This document shows positions 1-12,826 of a DNA stretch of 64,000 nt, one piece after another. The position numbers and the translations under genes were made by a program. The stretch is from Guillardia theta CCMP2712 (lineage: Eukaryota > Protista > Cryptophyta): assembly GCF_000315625.1 (NCBI RefSeq), contig NW_005434567.1, positions 143,515-207,514 of the forward strand, read 5' to 3'. The notes below the pieces were generated by a model that saw nothing but the letters and a program-made list of their open reading frames with translations, was not told the origin of the DNA and did no database searches. Numbering within the stretch: the stretch's first letter is position 1; every line of letters begins with the position of its first letter.

Positions 1-511
1 TCGTCACATAGTAGAGATATGTTGTGTGCGCAACATAGAGCGCCGCACGTGTAGGGAATAGGGTTCATGTCCTAGCCGACAGCAGTAGTCTGTCGTGCTC
101 GTCCTATTCTAGTAAACGCAGCAGTGATTGCTCTGGCGCTCTCAGGAAATCGTGGTCTTGCTCAAACTCTTTAGAGAACGTATGAAAGCCATGGACATAT
201 TGAGCCCAAAAATCATGAAGATGAATTCAGGGGGCGGCAACACTATCACAGGCGGCAACACTATCACAAAACGCAGAAGAATAGCACGGAACACGAAACA
301 AATTTGGCAATAGAGCATGGATGCCAAATCTCGTTTGGCAAGGTGGAATGATATGTTCCGCTTATTTTTCTTCAAGAAATAAAATTGGTAGGATACGAAG
401 CAAAGATACACATACTTCTAGTTACAACCACTTCTATTCGGATTCGCATCTCTAAATGCACATTTCTTAACATCGATGGGTCAAGCAGCTTGCTTCGTAG
501 TACTCATCTCT

Positions 512-1153
512 TTATTTTCCTTGTACGTGCTCAATTACCTCGTCAAATATAGTCTTTTCCATATACAGCTCTTCTTCGACTTTGACAACCTCGGTATGAG
601 ATGCCCTGTTTGTCTGTGATCCGTCACTTTCCTCCCAGCTATCTACAAAATCTTTTCCCTGTACATTCCCTTCATTGGCATCAACCTCCATTGCAGAAGA
701 GTCCCGCATTCTCCCGCGCTTGACTTTCTTTTTCTTGACCTTGGCATGATCGCCAGTTGCTGCATCATCGCTGAGAGCATGCTGTGCAATCTCATCGCCG
801 ATCTCCCGTCTCGGCAGCTCCATGTACGAGGCTTCGTTGTCTCCTTGGTAGCGATTGTTTGAGTCATTGTCTGCTGATTCAGACCTATCAGAAGAAGAGT
901 GATGCAGCTCTTTTTCCTCTTGCTTGCTGTTGTATTTCCTGTTGTACGGCCACCTTACGACCCCGAGACGTCTGCACGCGCCTTTGAAGCTCGTAAGCGA
1001 CAAGCCTAATTGCTGGGCAGCGTCCTCCTGCTTCATCTCGAAGAAGCGAGACACAAGTTCATACGTCAGCTCGACAGGTTCCTTGACTTCTGCCATGTCC
1101 TCTCCTCTCCTGCGCCTCGGAAACACCGAGACGCTTCCAGTTGGTTCTGTCAT
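512..1153 (-). CDS. RWP-RK domain transcription factor
   Basis: Single ORF with LTYELVSRFFEMKQEDAAQQLGLSLTSFKGACRRLGVVRWPYNRK, the RWP-RK signature. Start is ATG 1153 or 1096. Confidence 0.88.
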   Translation of the reverse strand: MTEPTGSVSVFPRRRRGEDMAEVKEPVELTYELVSRFFEMKQEDAAQQLGLSLTSFKGACRRLGVVRWPYNRKYNSKQEEKELHHSSSDRSESADNDSNNRYQGDNEASYMELPRREIGDEIAQHALSDDAATGDHAKVKKKKVKRGRMRDSSAMEVDANEGNVQGKDFVDSWEESDGSQTNRASHTEVVKVEEELYMEKTIFDEVIEHVQGK

Positions 1154-3278
1154 TCTCACTGACAGTGTCCTTGAAGGGATCACAGCATGCTCGATGGTTG
1201 AAAAGAACAGGTTGAGCGATTACAGGAGATCAGATCATTGTTGACCTGCACAACCTTTATCATAACAAATTCTCTCATGGAACTGGGTTGAACAAACCTT
1301 CAGTGCTGGGCAACTGTACAGCCAATAATGTGCGTTGTTGAAAGGAAACGGCGAAATTTCAGGATGTAAAGGTGTACCTGATGCAAATTATTCAAAAAAA
1401 TCTTGTACTAAAACATGGAAATGCACACGCAGTCAAGTGTTTTTCACCCGCACTAGAAAGATTACGGTCACAACACCAGCTAAACATGAACCAACGACAT
1501 GCGGGTTGACAAATGCCGTTTTCATCAGCAAGGGCGCAGATCTCATCCAGGAACAAAAAGATATTGCTTCAGAAACGTACAAAAACACTTTAACACCAGA
1601 ATTCACTCAGAGGGAAGGCTCGGCTAGAGGAAAAGTCTTCGAGACCCGTTCCATGCATGTGTATTTTGACAAGAGCTAGACTCCAGTCTCCACCCGGTGG
1701 TTAGCTTACAAGGAAAGAAAGAGCTGATAGCAATCGTAAGAACAGGAGAGATCAAAAACATATCGACTGTAGGAGGACAGACGTGGGGAGAGAAACGGGG
1801 AGATTGAAGTAGCCATACACACCATCTAACGCGCGGCGGCGCGGAAAGGAGTTGAGTGATAATTAGACTTGAGGCGTTATTACTTAACCTCCAAATCAAT
1901 CAGAGCACTGCTCCTTTGATACAGGGGTACCTACTTTTTAGAACCGGTACTTCTGAGGATGTTTGAGTGGGTACTGGGTAGCGTCATGTCGTACCGAAAG
2001 GTAGGGTCTATTTATAGGACGGTTTTCCCAGCGAAAAGTCGTCATACGGTACAATTACAAGTCAGTGCGACGTGATTTTATCGAAAACAAGTCTTTTCAT
2101 GTGATCACGAGACCGGCGATCGCAACGACAGAACGTGACAGAAAGCAAGACAGTCGGATGACTCCTGATGACTGATCCGGTTCGGGTATGGCAGGCGATG
2201 CTCGTGCGCAGGAGACGAGCCGCACATTCTGGTGGAACAAGCACCGTTCATGTGTTAGCACAGTACAGGATGTCAGTTGCAAAGGATGGTTGCGAAGAGA
2301 ACGTCAATACACAGGGAGCAAGCATCCAAAGGTTCTACTTGAACGCGCGTAGGTAGAGCCTTTCGATGCGCAATTCAAACACTGTTTGGGTACTGAATGG
2401 TTCATCTTTGTTTTCAATGCACCGAGATATAGCCGGTGATCGTTTCCGATGATAAAGTGAGAAACCGGCACGTGCCTTCTTAAGGCCAAATAAGGATCCA
2501 AGACAGAATGTTGGGGGCATCTAGATAGTGCATAGTTTCAACATGTTAAAGTCTGCAGGTTGGCCTTGACTACCCCGCAGGTGTGCTATCAAGAAACTCG
2601 ACACGTCAATCACTTTGCGCAGCAAAGCTCTGCGCAGCAAAGTACATCCTGCATAAACAAATAGGTCATTGTGAACCCGCAAAACGTCATGCTAACAAAC
2701 AACAACCTATTTATGTGTACTTTGATGCTTGACTGCATGCCGGATGCATCTGATACTGCTCTTTAGCCCTGCATCCGGTCAAATCAGGAGGAACTTGAAG
2801 CCGTGCCACCAAATGGATCTAAACACATGGTTTCGCGAAAACATGCAAAGATTAGATCTCTCTCTCTCTCTCTCTCTGTCGCGAACAAAGCTTGCAGGGA
2901 CTCAACACGATTGTTGCGACGTGAAATAACGACAAACACTCAGAAACAACTTGCATATCTGTCTGCAGCAAGCAGGGCGCATTGCATGCAAGATGTAAGT
3001 GCGATGAGTGTTTGTGTGTTTCTCAAAATCTTTGCGGGTTGCTTGAGAATAACATGCAAATTGTGCCTCTGCTTCGAGCACGTACAAGGGAGTGGCGATA
3101 TTATGGTTTCATCATCCTGGAGTAAATCAAATGTGGTCCGTGCTTCATCAGCCACCACTCAACAAGAGAATTTATAATCAAGTGTCAACCATCTTGTGCG
3201 GACGAGCATGCATATATGAGCACCACCCACCTACTATATGGACAAGCATGCTAGTCATCATGATTCTCAACGTGTACA

Positions 3279-3298
3279 GGAGGAGGAGGAGGAGGAGG

Positions 3299-3338
<40 letters not shown>

Positions 3339-3380
3339 GGAGGAGGAGGAGGAGGAGGAGGAGCAGCAGCAGCAGCAGCG
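3279..3380. repeat. Compound trinucleotide microsatellite (GAG)n(GAT)n(GAG)n(CAG)n
   Basis: Seen directly in the sequence. Confidence 0.95.
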
Positions 3381-3789
3381 ATTGGCTGGAAGCGGAACCT
3401 CCATTTTTGGTGCCTTCCCTGCAATTCTATTTGTACATTTTATATAGGGTATAATAATACTTTATAAGTGGTGTAGCCCGTATGAAGTTGACAAGTAAAC
3501 AGTACCACACATTTATACATTTTGTACCACTCTACTCCTTTAAAAAGCTACTACCAAATTCACCTTGTTACGCCCGCTAGCTATGGCGAAGGAGGGGAGG
3601 AGGCAGTAGGGGAGGCGTCTAGTGGTGCATCAAAGGAAGCAAAGGGAAACAGAAGATCGCACAAGGACGTAGAAGCAGACAAGCAGCTCTCCCACCTTGA
3701 ACGCCACTCGTTGAGGCCTGCTGGAGGAAGGTTTGGTGCTGTGTTACATCTTGCCCGGAGGCAGCTACCCTGGGCAGCTCTGCTCGGCC

Positions 3790-6700
3790 ATGGAGCGGTA
3801 TGATGCTGGGCTGAAGATCATTGCTGGAGCGCAAATAGCGAAGGAGAGAAATGAGCTGGAATATGCTCACTCTCAGTATGTCAAGGGCATCGAGGAGCTT
3901 ATCAAGCTTGTACAGGACGAGAAGGACGCCAACGTGGCGTTGCTGGTTAGGAAGCACGTGTCCAAGTAAGTCTTGTTGCAGCTAGAAATAGCTTCATCTG
4001 TGTATATATACGCACTTGTCGTTGCCTAGTACGTTAGATCGCATGTTTCATCATGCGCTTTCATGATATGCTCTAGTACGCTTCACAATGTGCAGTTTCG
4101 TTATGTGCTTTTCCTGCTTTCAGCGACGATGATCACTATCCGATGATCGTTTTATTCCTTGTTTTCCCATGTGCATAAATGCCAGAATCAACATGACTCC
4201 GTTATGATCCAGATTCATGGAAGAAGCAGAAAACCTTCTCAACAATCCGTCCGAGCATGCCAGAGAGCTGAGGAAACGCGCTGCCATGATTGAGGGCAGG
4301 GCGAAGGACGCGGAAAAGGGGTTCAAGATCGGTCTGGCCCTGCAGTACTACACAGAAGCAGCGGATACATTCACTGCACTGCGGCATGAGAGCTTTGGCG
4401 AGCTCAAGAAATGGGCAGGGGAGAAAGCATTGGCTGCGCTCAACAAGGCGGAATACTTCCAGAAGCTTCAGAAGTGCACTACCAAGACGAAGGGCAACAA
4501 CCCTGGCAAGTCGGCCGATGATGCTAACATCCTGGGCCTGCCCAGCGCGCCTGGAGGGGAGGAGGAGGACGCGTACTCTGTGCCTGCCAACATGACCGCC
4601 ATTGATCCCAACGACGAGGGGCCGAATCCGAACAGCCTGACAATGGTGTTCGCCAGGGTGAACAAGGCGGAAGTAGAGAAGATCCTCATACAGGGCAACC
4701 AGATTAACGGGAAGTTCTTTGAAAGGTTCTTCCTAACAGATGCTGATGAGAAGAACTATGAGGGGTCGGCCTGGAAGGACCCGGACGGCTACCCGAAGCT
4801 CTCGGAGGTACAGAGGGAGAGCCATGCCCGTTGGGGTCGGCCTTCTCAGATCTTTCTCTCGCCCTACCTCTTCCACTCCTTGGAAGGGAGAGTCATCGTC
4901 CAGAGCTCGGGCTACTCGCACAGCTTCGCCCTCTCGCTCAGCGTCTGCGCAGACTGGGAGAGGCGATTCGGCAAGAGTCTCATCAGCCGCTCCATCTACC
5001 CGCACGTGCGGGGGATCCCAGTGCTGAGCAGGTCGGGCAGGTACGTGCTGAAGATGCTGGTGAACGGGGCGGTGAGAAAAGTTTGCATCGATGAGTTCCT
5101 CCCTGTGAAGAGCGAGGGAGAGGTCGAGCTAATGTGTTCGTCCTCGTTAGGCAGAGAAGAGATCTGGGCCTGTCTGTATGAGAAGGCTTACTTCAAGCTT
5201 CATGGGTCGTACGACTTCACTGGCTGGACCAGCTGTGAGGATCTTCATGCTCTGTGCGGTTGGATCCCTGAAGAGATCCACCTGCATTCCATGGAGGGAG
5301 GAGGAGGAGGAGGAGGAGGAGGAGGAGAAGAGGTTGTGATCAGTGCGGTTCCTGTAGAGAATGTCGATAGCGGCAGTGATGACGGCATCGTTGAAGGTGA
5401 AGTCGAGCGATCTAATGACCGCTACTGCTGTTTCTGTTCTCCCACACGCTGTTGTCGTTTGATTCTGATAGATGCCTCTGTTGTCTCTCTTTACCACTCT
5501 TTCGCTTCCGAAAGAACCTCCCTCTAAATCTCGCTTGTCGTTTCCAGCTTTATCTGATATTCCTTTGATCGCAGCGATCCAGGTAGAGGAAGTGGATCAG
5601 GAGTGGAACAAGATCTCCATGGGAGTGAAGAAAGGCACTGGAATGTTCACTGTCCGCAGCAAGGCATGCTCGGAGGAGGAAGGGCTGCAGTCAGGGATCC
5701 CTTCCGAAATGACCTTTGCCGTGCTGGGTGCGGCGGAAGTGAATGGGTTGAAGCTGCTGAAGCTCAAGTCAGCCGACGTGGAAGCAGGATGGAAGGGGCG
5801 GGCGAGCATGGAGGACGCAAACTTTTGGACAGCCGACGCTGTGAGCTCGCTAGGCTCTGACGGTGAGAAGCTGGAGGAGGACAAGAAGTTCGGCGTCTTT
5901 TGGATGCCATGGGCAGACGTCAGGAGCCGCTTCCAGTCAGTCTTCTGCAGCTGGAGTCCAGCTCGCTTCCGCTACCATCGCAGCTTGCACGGGGTATGGA
6001 AGAAGGCAAGCCCCTGCAGCACCCACTATGATGACGCTCCTCAGTACCTGATCCGCTTCCGCTGCTCCGCCCACACCATGATATGGCTCCTTCTCTCCAA
6101 GCACTACTCTGACGCCAAGGACGCTACAAGGGTGGGCATGAAGTTGTTCCGATGGGGCCGCAAGGTGTACAGCACGGAAGGATCGATAGCGAGCAGTGAC
6201 ATGAAGTCCTCGCACTCTCTCCTCAAGATCCCCTGCCCTCCAGGCGATCATGCCTTCGTCTTCGTCCTCCTCGTCGACAGGCCCGCCGCCTCCCTGGGCT
6301 ACACCATCACCTCCTACTCCACCGAGCTCGTAGCGCTCTCCCCGGCACTGGACTGCCCCTCCCTTCAAGCGGGTGCATCCTCTATGTGCACTTTTAAGTC
6401 CTTTCGCCATGCCTGGTCCAAGATGCCCTTCCCCGGTGGTCCCCTGGGCTCCTCCCGCTTCCCCAACAACCCCATGTTCCGACTGGAGTGCATGGCGGAG
6501 GAGCGAGTTATGGTGAAGCTGCTGGCGAGGAAGGAGGCAGCTGGTCTGCTACCGGCCGTCTGCCTTCACCTCTTCGTCTCAGGTCGGAGGGTCGACAACA
6601 AGGACGTGAAGGAGATCGAGTGCAGGGCCGGCAGCTCCGACTACATCCCCGGGTCAGCATGGAAGGAGTACCTGCTTCCTCCTGGCACCTTTACGCTGGT

Positions 6701-7559
6701 CGTGGCGGCGGAGGAGGAGGGGGTCAGGCTTCAGGCGGAGTTTGAAATATCCTTGCTCGCATCCGACTTACTGGAAGTCGCCAGCATTGTCTACCCGACC
6801 ATGGACTTGTCGGAGAGGAAAGATCCTCCTCCTCCTCCTTCGCTTCCTCCTCCTCCCGTCTCGTCCCAGGACGAAGTAGACTTGGTCGATGCCCCTCCCA
6901 GGGATGAGAAGACCCGTCCTCCTCCTCCGCTCTACTTCAGCGATCGGCAAGAGGAGGACAAGGGAGTCAACAATCCTGATGGTAAGAATGTCACGGCGAA
7001 GATGGATGAAGGAGACAAACATCCTGGATACCTTCCTGTACTTGTCGAGGATGAGAAGGCCAATGAGGAGGAAAGGAGAGTGGACAAGAAGGATGAGGAA
7101 AGGAAGCAGGAAGAGGAGAGAAAACAGCGGGAAGAGCAGGTAAAAGAGGAAGAGAGGAGAGAGGCAAAGAGGAAGGAAGAACAGAGAAGGGAAGAGGAGA
7201 AGAAGAAAGAGGAGGAAACAAGGAAACAAGAAGAAGAAAGGAAAAGGCAGCAGGTGAAGCAAGATGAAGCGAAGAAAAACGCGGAGATGGAGGAAGCGAG
7301 GAAGGAGAAAGCGAAGAAGAAGGAGGAGGAGGAGATGGCCAGGAAAGAACGAGAGAAGGAAGAAGAGGAAAGGAGGGAGCATGAGGAGAGGAGAAAGGAG
7401 GAAGAAAGGAAGAAGCAAGAAGAGCAGCGGAGGGAAGCAGAGGAAGAAGAACGGAGACAGAAGGAGGAGGTGGAAAGAAATCAAAAGCGGGGAGACAACG
7501 AGCAGAACCCCGCGGGGGACGAGAAGCAGCAAGGCGAGGCTCCAAAGGACGGCGAGTGA
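3790..7559 (+). CDS. Calpain-7/PalB-like protein (MIT domains, CysPc, calpain-III domains, Pro-rich linker, charged coiled-coil tail); catalytic triad substituted
   Basis: Exons about 3790-3965, 4213-5332 (or 5401) and 5583-7559. The first splice gives VRKHVSK|FMEEAE (MIT-like). CAPN7-like motifs: SFALSLSVCADWERRFGKSLISRSIYP, GRYVLKMLVNGAVRKVCIDEFLP, EIWACLYEKAYFKLHGSYDF, GWIPE, GVFWMPW, NNPMFRL. Confidence 0.85.
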
Positions 7560-7906
7560 TGATGACGGCGATGATGAAGATGCGGAGGCAGCAGGAATTG
7601 GATCGTAAGCGACGAGCTTGAAGAGGAGGAGCAGCAGGAGCCAATGGATCTCTCGTTTCTGCTGTGATTGTTTTCATTATTAACATAAGTGATATGTAGA
7701 AATCCCTTCCTCTCTCCCATCCCCAAGTGCCCACACCCCCTCCCCGGACAAAATCCTCCTCCTCCTCCTCCTCTTCCTCCTCCTCTCCTCCTCCTTCTCC
7801 ATCTCCTCCTCCTCCTCCTTCTCCTCCTCCTCCTCCTCCTCCTTCTCCTTCTCCTCCTCCTCCTCGTCATCAACATGATCGTAGCAGCATGACAATTTTC
7901 ACGCGT

Positions 7907-10900
7907 TCAAAAGAATAATCCCCTTCCACCCTGCGTCCGCCCATTCTCCTCCTCCTCCTCCCCCTCCTCCTCAGCTTTCATCGACGCTGGTGAACTTGGC
8001 AGTACGTCAGAGCCGCAACTTCCCCCTCCTACAGTCACCTGGAGATCCTCCTTCCTCTCTCCCTCTTCGACCTCCTTGTCCTTCCCCGTGCTTGGGCTCA
8101 AGTTGCCCGCACTGAGGCCCATCAGAGGACGCAGCTCCTGCATGGCTTCCAAGCTTTCCCAAACATACAGAGGAGGGTCCTGAGGAAAGAGCATGAGCGA
8201 GAGGAAGGGAGGAGGACGGAGAAGAGGAAGCGGAAAGGGGAGGGGGGGGGGCGGAGAAAGGGGAATCATAGTGCAGCGAGGAAACGGGGGGGCAGGGCGA
8301 TAAGGAAGGTGGAGAGGGAAGGGGAGGGGGGGATGGGGCGAGGGCAGTAAGGACAAGGACGCGAGGAGGGAAATGGAGAAGGAACGGGGAAGAGACAAGG
8401 GTTGTCAAGATAAGAGGGAGAGAAAAAGGAAAGAGGTATAGGAGACCGAACGAACAACGACTCAGAAGAAAGGAAATTAAAATCAACAGAGGACAGAGCA
8501 AAACAAAAGAGAGCAGGCGCAGGAGTGAGGAGCGAAGAAGATTCCGTGTGAATGAATTTCTTACCTTGCTACGATCATTCTTAAGATCTTGGAGCCGTTG
8601 AATGCCTGATTGGAACTGTTTTAGATTGCGAAAACTGAATGGCTGAAAACCCCAGCACAGAGAAAAGGAAGATGTAACATGCCATTATCATTACCATCAT
8701 CATCATCACCAACAACAACAACAACAATATCAACATCAACATCATCTTTTTTATCATCATCTCACTGTATCTTCTTGGCTCGTCATCGTGCGGCAGGGAG
8801 CATGAATGTCGTTTGTACTCGATCTGGGCCAACCTCAGCAAGTCAAAGAAGAAGCAAACAACAGGAGGAGGAAGGGAGGAGGAGGAGGGGAGGAGGAGGA
8901 GGGAAACGTTGCAGCAGAAGAACCAAGACGAGGAAGATAGTTGAACTCACCACTGTGTTCTTTGGGAGGCTCAAAACTTCTAATATCGCCCTCCTCAAAC
9001 GCAGAGTCCCCTGTCGATCGCTGGAAAGGATTAGAGAGCAAATTAGATCACGGGCAACAAATTAGATCACGAGCAAATTAGTATCACTGCACGGTGCAGA
9101 GGAGCAAGGAACAATGCAATTCGAGATTGTGATGGCGGTGTACACAAGACATTACTGACCTATTGGGGAGTACAGATTTGTTTGCAAAGGTGGAGAACGC
9201 ACAATCAAGAAAGGGAAGGAGATCGAACCAGCGCAAAAGTTGCGTCGAGTGAGAATACATCCAAGGCAACGAGAGACAACACGAGACAGCGAGGCAATAA
9301 TCCGTCCACACTTGTCACTGCACGCAAACACACAACACACAATTGCACGCAACAACAGACTACAAGAGACATGTAAGAGCTTCACCGGTGATCGCACCAT
9401 ACTGAGAGAACATCCTCCTCTGGCCGGCTGCAGTCGCATCATCCCCAGCAGGAACACGGGTTAGCACAAGATCTACCTCGTCACAATTGCTCCGCAGAAA
9501 TCCTGACTCATGTTGTGAGCTCCGCCTGTAGGATAAAATCAGGCAAAGAGGAAGCTACGAAGTAGCGCAAGGAGCAGCAGCAACGAAGCTGTGAGGAGGA
9601 AGGAGGAATACCCAAGGACGAGAAAATGAATAAGTGAAGGACAGCAGCAGCAGCAAAGAAACAAGGCAAGTGAGAAACGCAACGGCGTACTCCATCAGCT
9701 TCCTGACATTTATCCACAACTTCGGCAGGGGAGATCTCACGACAACATTGTCATATATGGAGAGCGGGTCAAGATGTGCCGACCAAGGAAACATGCAAGC
9801 TCAATCAGCTGTTCCTGTCTCTCACCGATGCACGCTAGAATGACTTCCTCCCAAAACCTCGACGCCAGACCCTTCCTCAACCTCAGCGTCCACTGACAAG
9901 GAACTACTTCAGTCTTCCCCCCCCCAAAAGAAACAAGACCCTTTTCCCCATTCTCCGCTCTCCTCCTCTTCACCTTCCCTCCTCCCATGTTCGCCGGGTC
10001 GTCGGGAAACGGTTTGATCCCATCCTGTCAATGCTATCATACTGCCATCCACCATAGCACTCCCTTCCTCCCTTCCTCCCTTCTCGCTGCTCCTCATCGT
10101 TCTCCTCCTCCTTTTCTCCTCGTTCTCCTCTTCCTCCTCGTCCTCCTCCTCCATTCTCTGTCCTTAGTCCTCCGTGCTCTGTCCCCCCTCTACCTACCCG
10201 GAACAAGCAGCAGTCGAAGTTGGTTGACATCTCGTTTGGCCTGACGAGATGGTCGTAGATACTCCAGAACTCCTCGACCGTGTTGAAGGAGGGCGTGCTG
10301 TAAAGCTCACTCTCTGCCTGTTCTCCGACGTCAGACCTCAGGACAGGGCACGAGCCGTGTCGCCTCCTCCTACCCTCTCCGATGACTGCGAGTCCTCTTC
10401 GTCATTGTTTGCGATGAAGTAGAACCTGTCAGTCAGAGTCATCAGTGGAGGGAGAGAGAAGAAGGGGGAAGGGGGGGGGTGGAGCTAGTGGAAGGGCTAC
10501 CAGAGGGAGGAGGGAACGCGGAGGAGGGGAAAAGGAATCAGCAGCTGCATATGACGAGAGTACATGGAATCATCGCAAGCTGGAACAATGAGAAGTTGGA
10601 CAAGACTGAGATTTAAAACGAGGATGAGGGTGAGAGGAGAAGGATCAGGGGCAAGGGCAGGAGCAAGGGCGGGAGTCAGGGCAGCAGGAGGACGAGGAGC
10701 AGGAGGAGCAGGAGGAGCAGGAGGAGCAGGAGGAGCAGACGGAAGGAGGTCGCAGACCTGAACGTGTGAGCTAGCTGGTGCACGTCCATGTCATCATTCA
10801 GGACGTCAAACATTCCCGTCGCCTGGCGGGACATCAAAGGCCGACATAAGACATCGTGCACGCCGGGAGCGATGGCGCACAGAGCAGCAACAACGGCGAG

Positions 10901-10933
10901 TGATAGCAAACGTGTACAAGTTGCAGTATGCAT
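7907..10933 (-). CDS. eIF4E-family protein (class II/4EHP-like), multi-exon, with N-terminal hydrophobic leader and C-terminal extension
   Basis: Spliced core reads VHQLAHTF|RFYFIANN..SER|AESELYSTPSFNTVEEFWSIYDHLVRPNEMSTNFDCCLFR|DGIKPFPDDPANMGGGK|WTLRLRKGLASRFWEEVILACI|GGAHNMSQDFCGAIVT|SRPEEDVLSVWCDH|RDRQGTLRLRRAILEVLSLPKNTV|IEYKRH, with phase-consistent GT-AG introns. Exons and stop below about 8760 are uncertain. Confidence 0.82.
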
Positions 10934-11339
10934 TGAGTGGCATCGAAAACTATATAAGCAATCGATGTCGACTTATCTCCGGGCAACGGCTATCGAAAGC
11001 AACATGTTTCCCACACTATTTGTTTCCAGTTCATCGCAACAGCAATCATCATGGTCATCACCATCATCATCATATGCATAGGCGCCAATGCAACATCGAT
11101 GCCGATAACGACATCATTGGCATAGTTTCCACCATCTACGCCCACAGCAAGTCTGTCCTGCATCTTCACCCCTCCCTCCCTTCCTCATCTTCCCAATCTC
11201 CTTTCTCACCATTTTCGATGTAGCACGAGCTCGAAGGGTCGGGGTGGGGGTGTTGACACTATCAATAGGGGGTGGGGGTATTAGCAACATCCTGAAATGA
11301 AGCACTAATCGGCTCACTACTAGACATTTGCTGCCCTTC

Positions 11340-12290
11340 TCGTCCCGGGCCCAGCGTTCAAGTTGCAACCGTGACGCCGGGGCCGCGGCCACTGAGCGCG
11401 GCCGCCGGGACTGAGTCCGACTCCCAGTCACGGTCCGCAACTTGGAAACGGCGCCCGCCGGGCCCCCGCGGGCGGCCGGGCGGCCGGGTCGCCGCTGCAC
11501 GCCGGGCCGGGCCGCAATCGGATCCGGGCCGGGCGCCCGCCCGCGGCAATCCGAATCATTCATTGAATCAGCGGCCGGGTACTATAGCACTCGCGGCAAG
11601 TCAAGAATCAGCTACTGGTTCAGTGACCGGCCGGGCTGGCACAGCGGCACGACTCGGACTCGGTGCCCCGCTGCGAACTCAGATTCGGAAGTTCGCCGGC
11701 TTGAAGATCCAAGTCAAACCGGCCCCGCTGGAAGTTGAACTCAGTGACCGTACGGTCGAACGGTCACCCGGGTTTCGAGGCGGGCCGGGCAGGCCTGTGA
11801 GTCACAACCGGGCCGAGTGACCGTGGCAGTACGGTGGCCGGGCGTGACCGTGCCTCAGACTCTTCGGAGTGCGGCCCACTGCAATGCCCGGCCACTGAAC
11901 CGTGACTCCCGGGCCGTAAGCGGTTTCCGTATCGTGTACAGTGCCATGATTCGCAACAGCCGCTGAGCCGCCGCGCCCCGGCCCGGCGCCCCGGCGGCCG
12001 GCGGGGCGGGGCCCGCCGCCGCCTCAGTGCGCCTCGGAGGCTGAGTCAGTCTCAGTCCGATCTCCAAACGCCGCCGCCCGGCTGGGCCGGCCTCGCCGAG
12101 TCCGAGTCAAGCCGGCCGCCGGACCGTACCGGCCCCGGTCAAGCCGGGCCCCGCGGCTCCAACCACTCAGTGAACAGCCGGAGTCAGGTTCACCCTCCGA
12201 CTCGGCCGCACGGGCCGGGCGCGGCTTGGCCCAGTGGACCGTCGGACCATGAGTCATCGGAGTCATGAGTCACATTGTAAACGGGGGCCG
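11340..12290. other. GC-rich intergenic island of short palindromic words
   Basis: Abrupt shift to very high GC with recurrent CCGG, GGCC, CCCGGG, TGAGTC, GACTC and CGTACGG. No credible coding signal. Confidence 0.75.
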
Positions 12291-12553
12291 CTGAGGGATG
12301 TCAGCATGCTGTTCAGAACGATGCGGTTTAGGGACGCTGGGCTCTCGAAGGATATCTTACAGTAGTATTTTACTACAAGAATAAAACTAAGTTCTAATCA
12401 GCAAGGCACTAAGAATCTGTTTGCAAGCAATCGAGAAGCTTCCTTCGTACAGTAAAGACCCTGTAAGAGGTCGTTCCAGAATGCTGACATCCCTCCTCCC
12501 TTCAAATCCGGACCTCCCTCCCGACGCCTTCCCAACCTCTTTCCCTTGCCACC

Positions 12554-12826
12554 ATGACCACCGCCAGAGCCCTCGAGACCAAGAGCATTCACTTCCTCGC
12601 CCTCCACCCTCTCCTCGGCTATCAGCCCGTCGACCTCCACATCCCCGTCTCCTACTCCCCCGAGGAGGAGAAGGCCTGCTTCGCAAGGCCTTCTCGTGTT
12701 GATCAGCGCAGCCTCTCCTCGTGCGACCGCAACATGATCAGGGCAGCGGCGTGGGTGCTGTGCATGAACGTGGCGTCGACGATACTTGTGGGAGCCATGG
12801 GAGTAGCGATGGGGATGATCCACTAG
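12554..12826 (+). CDS. Small tail-anchored membrane protein, copy 1 (90 aa)
   Basis: The ORF is present three times almost identically and shares a motif with the diverged paralog at 15600-16025. C-terminal hydrophobic helix AAAWVLCMNVASTILVGAMGVAMGMI. Confidence 0.7.
   Translation: MTTARALETKSIHFLALHPLLGYQPVDLHIPVSYSPEEEKACFARPSRVDQRSLSSCDRNMIRAAAWVLCMNVASTILVGAMGVAMGMIH

Noticed and set aside
1335-3230. Short ORFs between the RWP-RK and calpain genes (similarly 14595-15473)
   Set aside because: No recognisable motif or consistent exon chain. A small spliced gene cannot be excluded.
6768-8501. Long Leu/Phe/Pro/Ser-rich minus-strand ORFs
   Set aside because: They are antisense shadows of the charged calpain tail and read-through of purine/pyrimidine tracts.
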